IMG/VR virus record: IMGVR_UViG_3300032323_002498
Reading direction: 5' to 3' (one strand)
From: an uncultured virus (IMG/VR IMGVR_UViG_3300032323_002498)
Taxonomy: Duplodnaviria > Heunggongvirae > Uroviricota > Caudoviricetes
DNA: 20,000 nt
The position numbers and the translations under genes are program-made. The notes under the pieces are model-generated. The model was given only the letters and a program-made list of their open reading frames with translations, did not search any database and was not told the origin of the DNA. This document shows, piece after piece, positions 16,299 through 20,000 of the stretch; within the stretch, counting starts at the first letter, position 1, and each line of letters starts with the position of its first letter.

Positions 16299-16429
16299 CT
16301 GACGAACGGTTCCTTATTTTGTCGGCTTGCATTTGGCTTGCCCCACACGTTCCAAAGGGGATCGGTCTTATTAACGGCTGCGGCGCGCTGATGGTGGCTG
16401 TGGCAATTGGATTGGGGTGGATAACATGA
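16295..16429 (+). CDS. Small hydrophobic protein (44 aa)
   Basis: ATG 16295 after GGAGGAG. Translation MTDERFLILSACIWLAPHVPKGIGLINGCGALMVAVAIGLGWIT, with ATGA overlaps. Confidence 0.65.
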   Translation: MTDERFLILSACIWLAPHVPKGIGLINGCGALMVAVAIGLGWIT

Positions 16430-16527
16430 CCTGGCCATTTCCTCCCTTTCCACTGCCCCCGTATCACGGACCACGGGCCCCGAGCGGGCCGGTCTATCCA
16501 TCTGACGCAGAGGAGGCACCGCTGTGA
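16426..16527 (+). CDS. Proline-rich micropeptide (33 aa; not in the ORF track)
   Basis: Manual translation MTWPFPPFPLPPYHGPRAPSGPVYPSDAEEAPL. It exactly fills the gap, with ATGA and GTGA overlaps. Confidence 0.65.
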   Translation: MTWPFPPFPLPPYHGPRAPSGPVYPSDAEEAPL

Positions 16528-16844
16528 GCATGAACACCCCATTCCACCTGCGCCAGCGGGAGTTCAACAAATTCAACGCGGCCAACCCGGCTGTGTGGGA
16601 ATACTTTGAGCGCTTCACGCTGCAAGCCATCAACGCCGGTCACAGGAAGATCAGCCACTGGCTCATCATCAACCGCATCCGCTGGGAGGTGATGATCACA
16701 ACCACCGGCAGCGACTTCAAAATCTGCAACAACCATATTGCGTTCTACGCGCGCCTGTTCGTCAAGGTGCACCCGCAGTATCGGTTTATCTTTAACCTCA
16801 AGCGCATGGCTGACGAACCATGGCACGGGGACATGCCACTATGA
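16524..16844 (+). CDS. Conserved phage hypothetical protein (about 105 aa)
   Basis: GAGGAGG RBS; start GTG 16524 or ATG 16530. Motifs NPAVWEYF, INRIRWE and FKICNNHIAFYARLF. Confidence 0.8.
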   Translation: MSMNTPFHLRQREFNKFNAANPAVWEYFERFTLQAINAGHRKISHWLIINRIRWEVMITTTGSDFKICNNHIAFYARLFVKVHPQYRFIFNLKRMADEPWHGDMPL

Positions 16845-17062
16845 ACAGACATCTTCTTTCAACCACTGTCGAAGTGGACGTGGACATCAGCACCGATGAC
16901 CTGACAGACGATGACTTGCGCGAGCTGTGCAAGGAACGCGGCATCACTGTCGGCGAGCCGCTTGTCGAGGAGCTGCACAGGCTGTTCAAGCTCAAGCAGC
17001 ACGACGCCATCCTGGAGCGCATGCGCCTGTTCGTGCAGGATTCGAAGGGGGTGGTGCTGTGA
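16841..17062 (+). CDS. Hypothetical protein (73 aa)
   Basis: ATGA-coupled start at 16841. Acidic motif VEVDVDISTDDLTDDDLREL. Confidence 0.75.
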   Translation: MNRHLLSTTVEVDVDISTDDLTDDDLRELCKERGITVGEPLVEELHRLFKLKQHDAILERMRLFVQDSKGVVL

Positions 17063-17364
17063 GAGACACAATAGACATGGCCCGTGAGGCTGGCTCAGAA
17101 GAGTATGGGCCGCTTACGCGAAACTGGAGTTTTGAATTGACACAACTCAAAGCCTTTGAAGCCCTTGTCCGTGCTGATGAGCGTGAGGAATACCAGCGTT
17201 GGTTTGTCGGCGTGATAACGCAGCACAAGCAATTGATACTGGCCGAAAGAGAGGCGTGTGCAAAGGTGTGTGAAGAACTGCCTTTAGTTGAGGGGGCCAA
17301 GCAAATGCAGAGGGCAACGCTAAAGGATGCTGCCGCCGCCATCCGAGCAAGGGGGCAAGCATGA
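17059..17364 (+). CDS. Modular mini-protein, EREACAK/AAAIRARG family, copy 1 (101 aa)
   Basis: GTG 17059 (GTGA overlap). Paralog of 19027..19266 with shared DNA blocks. Confidence 0.8.
   Translation: MRDTIDMAREAGSEEYGPLTRNWSFELTQLKAFEALVRADEREEYQRWFVGVITQHKQLILAEREACAKVCEELPLVEGAKQMQRATLKDAAAAIRARGQA
17060..17351 (+). repeat. Interrupted direct repeat, family A, copy 1 (partner 19028-19250)
   Basis: 17060-17093 = 19028-19061 (33/34); 17147-17188 = 19118-19159 (42/42); 17251-17265 = 19156-19170 (15/15); 17332-17351 = 19231-19250 (20/20). Confidence 0.95.
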
Positions 17365-17618
17365 CAGAGTTTGCATCCCGCGTCTGCGGCATCCCCTGCA
17401 TCATCCGCGTGAAGTACTGGGAGGTTTACGTCCCCGCGCAGCGCTCAGGTCCACCAGAGCTTTGCTACCCCGAAGAGGGTGGCGAAGGCGAATGGGAAAT
17501 CCTCGACCGCAGGGGCAGACCAGCACCGTGGCTCGAGCGCAAGATGACCGAGAACGATCACGACCGGATGAGCCGGGAAATTTTTGAACACATGGAGAAG
17601 AGATATGTCCACTACTGA
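17361..17618 (+). CDS. Conserved phage hypothetical protein (85 aa)
   Basis: ATGA-coupled. Motifs RVCGIPC and EWEILDRRGRPAPWLERK. Confidence 0.8.
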   Translation: MTEFASRVCGIPCIIRVKYWEVYVPAQRSGPPELCYPEEGGEGEWEILDRRGRPAPWLERKMTENDHDRMSREIFEHMEKRYVHY

Positions 17619-17859
17619 AACCAAACGAGCGCGCCGGCGCACCTTCAAAGAGGTGGCCACCGCCGCACACGCCAGGGGCTTTGCCGAAGGCGTGGAGGCT
17701 GCCACCAATAACGCAAGAGAGGAGCTGGACCGCATGTCCGCTGCCAACGTCGAGCTGGGCCGCAGTGTGATGGCCCTGGAGACCAAGCTGGCCAACGTGT
17801 CACTGCGCAAGCTGGCCTGGTCACGGATCACGGGACTTTTTAAAAGGAGTAAGTCATGA
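17605..17859 (+). CDS. Hypothetical coiled-coil protein (84 aa)
   Basis: ATG 17605 after GGAG, and an ATGA overlap with the next gene. Confidence 0.7.
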   Translation: MSTTETKRARRRTFKEVATAAHARGFAEGVEAATNNAREELDRMSAANVELGRSVMALETKLANVSLRKLAWSRITGLFKRSKS

Positions 17860-18089
17860 ATGAAGATCACGATTACATTGTGAACATGCACAACCTGGGC
17901 GTGGACGCGCTGTATAAGAAGGTGGTGCCGCTGCTCGAAGAGGCAGGCCCTCCCGTTGCCATACACACCTTGATGATCCTGCTGGCCATGATCGGCCAGC
18001 AAGTGGACATGGAGCCCGAGCATTTCAAGGCCTTTGTGGTCACGGAACTGGACAGGCTGATGGCCATCGAGGAGAAGAGGGATGAGTGA
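17856..18089 (+). CDS. Hypothetical protein (77 aa)
   Basis: AAGGAG RBS and coupled start. Confidence 0.75.
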   Translation: MNEDHDYIVNMHNLGVDALYKKVVPLLEEAGPPVAIHTLMILLAMIGQQVDMEPEHFKAFVVTELDRLMAIEEKRDE

Positions 18090-18498
18090 CAAGCCCATGA
18101 TCGACCCCGCGCACCTGGAGCAATACCTCACTGAATCGTTGACCGAGAAGCTCAACGAGATCGAGTACAGCCTGGGCCTGGACTACACCAGCACTGAGGG
18201 CCACATCGTTGTCATGCGCCACCGCAAGGGCAGGCCAGATGTGGTGGTGCTCTCACAGTCGTTTCTTGTACCACGGCCCCCGGACATCGACGAGCTCGAG
18301 CAAGAGAACAAGCTGCTCCGAGCACGGAACGAGCGCCTGGAGCGCGAGGCCATTGAGAGTGCAGACGCCGCCTATGCCAGGGGCTGGAACAGCTCGCTGG
18401 AGCTGGCAGCGGTCAGGCTGAATGCGGACTTCAGGCAATCATTCGGTGCGGACACCTGCGCGAGCTGGGCAGCATGGCTGAGAGGGCACAAGGTATGA
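18082..18498 (+). CDS. Hypothetical protein (138 aa, central coiled coil)
   Basis: GAGG RBS, ELEQENKLLRARNERLE coiled coil, and an ATGA overlap at the end. Confidence 0.75.
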   Translation: MSDKPMIDPAHLEQYLTESLTEKLNEIEYSLGLDYTSTEGHIVVMRHRKGRPDVVVLSQSFLVPRPPDIDELEQENKLLRARNERLEREAIESADAAYARGWNSSLELAAVRLNADFRQSFGADTCASWAAWLRGHKV

Positions 18499-18815
18499 CA
18501 TTCACAGAATGGTGGTCCCAATTGACCAAAGCAGAACAGAAAGTCATTGGCGAACAAAACGCCAAGTACGTCTGGGAAGAATGCCAGAAGTACACCCTCA
18601 TGACCATCGAAGACGCCTGCAAGGCCAAGGTGGCCTACGACCAGGGGTTCAAGGACGGGCGCGAGCGCTTTGAAATCAACCTGGGAGGCTATGTCCTCAC
18701 CCCGGGCCTTGGACCGGGGATGATTTGGATTGAAGCAGCCAGTGGCGAAGGCGGGGACTTCCACATCGACGAACTGGCCGAGGTCATCGGCAAGTTTTAC
18801 AAGGAGAAGTTCTGA
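18495..18815 (+). CDS. Hypothetical protein (106 aa)
   Basis: ATGA-coupled start at 18495 (MTFTEWW...) and TGATG coupling at the end. Confidence 0.75.
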   Translation: MTFTEWWSQLTKAEQKVIGEQNAKYVWEECQKYTLMTIEDACKAKVAYDQGFKDGRERFEINLGGYVLTPGLGPGMIWIEAASGEGGDFHIDELAEVIGKFYKEKF

Positions 18816-19030
18816 TGGACAAAGACGGATACCACGGCGATGAACTGACCATTGCTTACATGAGTGGAGTCCAACGAGGGAAGGAACTCGCAGCACAGCG
18901 GCAATGGGTCGGGCTGACGGATGAAGAAATCGACAAGACACGATTTGCTATACAAACAAAGGCGATTACACAGCGCGACCACGAATTAAGCCGCGCCATC
19001 GAAGCCAAACTCAAGGAGAAGAACACATGA
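18815..19030 (+). CDS. Modular mini-protein, WVGLTD/EAKLKEKN family, copy 1 (71 aa)
   Basis: AAGGAG RBS. Shares two DNA blocks with 19475..19984. Confidence 0.8.
   Translation: MDKDGYHGDELTIAYMSGVQRGKELAAQRQWVGLTDEEIDKTRFAIQTKAITQRDHELSRAIEAKLKEKNT
18889..19024 (+). repeat. Interrupted direct repeat, family B, copy 1 (partner 19723-19870)
   Basis: 18889-18922 = 19723-19756 (33/34); 19001-19024 = 19847-19870 (24/24). Confidence 0.95.
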
Positions 19031-19266
19031 GAGACACGATAGACATGGCCCGTGAGGCTGGTGCAATACACATTCACGAGAGACCAAAAGAGTTTGCAAT
19101 TGTTGGCAACGACTCAATCAAAGCCTTTGAAGCCCTTGTCCGTGCTGATGAGCGTGAGGCGTGTGCAAAGTTTTGTGATGACCTTGCAGTTGATGCATAC
19201 AACAATCACGACATACTTTATGAAGAATGCGCCGCCGCCATCCGAGCAAGAGGAGAAACCGAATGA
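19027..19266 (+). CDS. Modular mini-protein, EREACAK/AAAIRARG family, copy 2 (79 aa)
   Basis: ATGA-coupled. The RBS is supplied by the upstream EAKLKEKN block (AAGGAG). Paralog of 17059..17364. Confidence 0.8.
   Translation: MRDTIDMAREAGAIHIHERPKEFAIVGNDSIKAFEALVRADEREACAKFCDDLAVDAYNNHDILYEECAAAIRARGETE
19028..19250 (+). repeat. Interrupted direct repeat, family A, copy 2
   Basis: See 17060-17351. Confidence 0.95.
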
Positions 19267-19478
19267 ACGCACTTGAACACTTCGACAAACTGTATGGACA
19301 CCTGCCACCCGATGACGATGCCATGTGGACATTCGTATCGGGCTGGAACAGTGCCATGTCTGAGGCCATGCAGCGCGTAAACGCCATGCCCTTTGGCAAC
19401 GATACCCGTGCATCGTTTGCGATCTATTTCCAGCAGATGATGCTCGTCAACCCTGATGATGTGAAGGAACAAAAATGA
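19263..19478 (+). CDS. Hypothetical protein (71 aa)
   Basis: ATG 19263 after AGGAG, with ATGA overlaps. Its C-terminal half resembles the end of 18082..18498 (GWNS...FGxDTxAS). Confidence 0.75.
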   Translation: MNALEHFDKLYGHLPPDDDAMWTFVSGWNSAMSEAMQRVNAMPFGNDTRASFAIYFQQMMLVNPDDVKEQK

Positions 19479-19984
19479 CCAAAGACGAAGCATTTCTTGA
19501 GTGGTACAACAACGCGCATTGGGGCAACGAAGACCTAAAAGAGTGTTGCCATAGATCGTGGAATGCCGCCATCAAGCAAGCCCGTTCAGCACCTGTGCAG
19601 GAGCCTGTGGCGACACTTTGGCAACATGGCGAGACCGGACGCACCCGCATCATTATGCCGGGCGATATTACGGACTGTGATGCCCGTTGGTTTAAAGCTG
19701 CTGACCTCTACACCACCCCACCCGCAGCACAGCGGCAATGGGTTGGGCTGACGGATAAAGATATCTCAGACACGGCAACCACGCACCCAATGACATGGGT
19801 GAACCTAAATGCCGTTGAGAATCGCACTCTTTTTGCGCGAATCCTTGAAGCCAAACTCAAGGAGAAGAACGGTTTGCATCGACAGTACGTGATAGACGGC
19901 TCTCCTTGTTGGTGTGAACCAGAAACCAGCTACACAGACCCAGAGACAGGTGCGTCTGTGGTTGTTCACAAGGAGCCGCAATGA
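19475..19984 (+). CDS. Modular protein, PVQEPVA/LYTTPP/WVGLTD/EAKLKEKN family, copy 2, with C-terminal extension (169 aa)
   Basis: AAGGA RBS and ATGA overlaps. Shares blocks with 18815..19030. Confidence 0.8.
   Translation: MTKDEAFLEWYNNAHWGNEDLKECCHRSWNAAIKQARSAPVQEPVATLWQHGETGRTRIIMPGDITDCDARWFKAADLYTTPPAAQRQWVGLTDKDISDTATTHPMTWVNLNAVENRTLFARILEAKLKEKNGLHRQYVIDGSPCWCEPETSYTDPETGASVVVHKEPQ
19723..19870 (+). repeat. Interrupted direct repeat, family B, copy 2
   Basis: See 18889-19024. Confidence 0.95.
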
Positions 19985-20000
19985 CAACACCAGAGCAACT
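19981..20000 (+). CDS. Start of the next small gene (MTTPEQ...), truncated by the window end
   Basis: ATGA overlap with the previous stop and an AAGGAG RBS at 19970-19975. Confidence 0.55.

Noticed and set aside
16464..17834. Heptamer tandem TCACGGA-YCACGGG at 16464-16477 and 17821-17834, with weaker versions near 12439 and 18271
   Set aside because: These are short, lie inside coding sequence, and are too few to separate from chance in GC-rich DNA. Worth revisiting only if arrays occur elsewhere in the genome.
17060..19870. Repeats as a CRISPR array or a diversity-generating retroelement TR/VR pair
   Set aside because: The blocks are different sequences present twice each and lie in frame in genes. 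There is no regular repeat-spacer period, no adenine-specific mismatch pattern, and no reverse transcriptase or cas gene in the window.
1..20000. Prophage or integrated-element interpretation
   Set aside because: No integrase, att site, CI/Cro pair or host genes are in the window, so lifestyle cannot be determined here.

Overview
This window is a 20 kb piece of a GC-rich tailed dsDNA phage (Caudoviricetes) genome. The host is probably a proteobacterium and most plausibly Burkholderiales-like (inference). It has four parts. (1) The end of a + strand virion module: a partial ORF and a 1082-aa probable internal virion/ejection protein. (2) A - strand pair, PD-(D/E)XK exonuclease and SNF2-type helicase, converging on that module. 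(3) A divergently transcribed + strand replication module: two conserved hypotheticals, a putative SSB, an AEP-type primase with a PriCT-like domain, a UvrD/Rep SF1 helicase and a family A DNA polymerase with Leu at the E. coli Phe762 position. From memory, not a search, this set resembles HTVC023P/phiJL001-related phages. (4) About 7 kb of tightly coupled small accessory genes behind three sigma70-like promoters. The most notable observations are two pairs of paralogous mini-genes built from near-identical DNA blocks that alternate with unrelated variable segments (a candidate module-shuffling system), a ~95-nt structured RNA candidate with a loop-E motif between ssb and primase, an unlisted secreted six-cysteine mini-protein, and an AT-hook plus ribbon-helix-helix regulator. 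No integrase, tRNA, rRNA or CRISPR array was seen.
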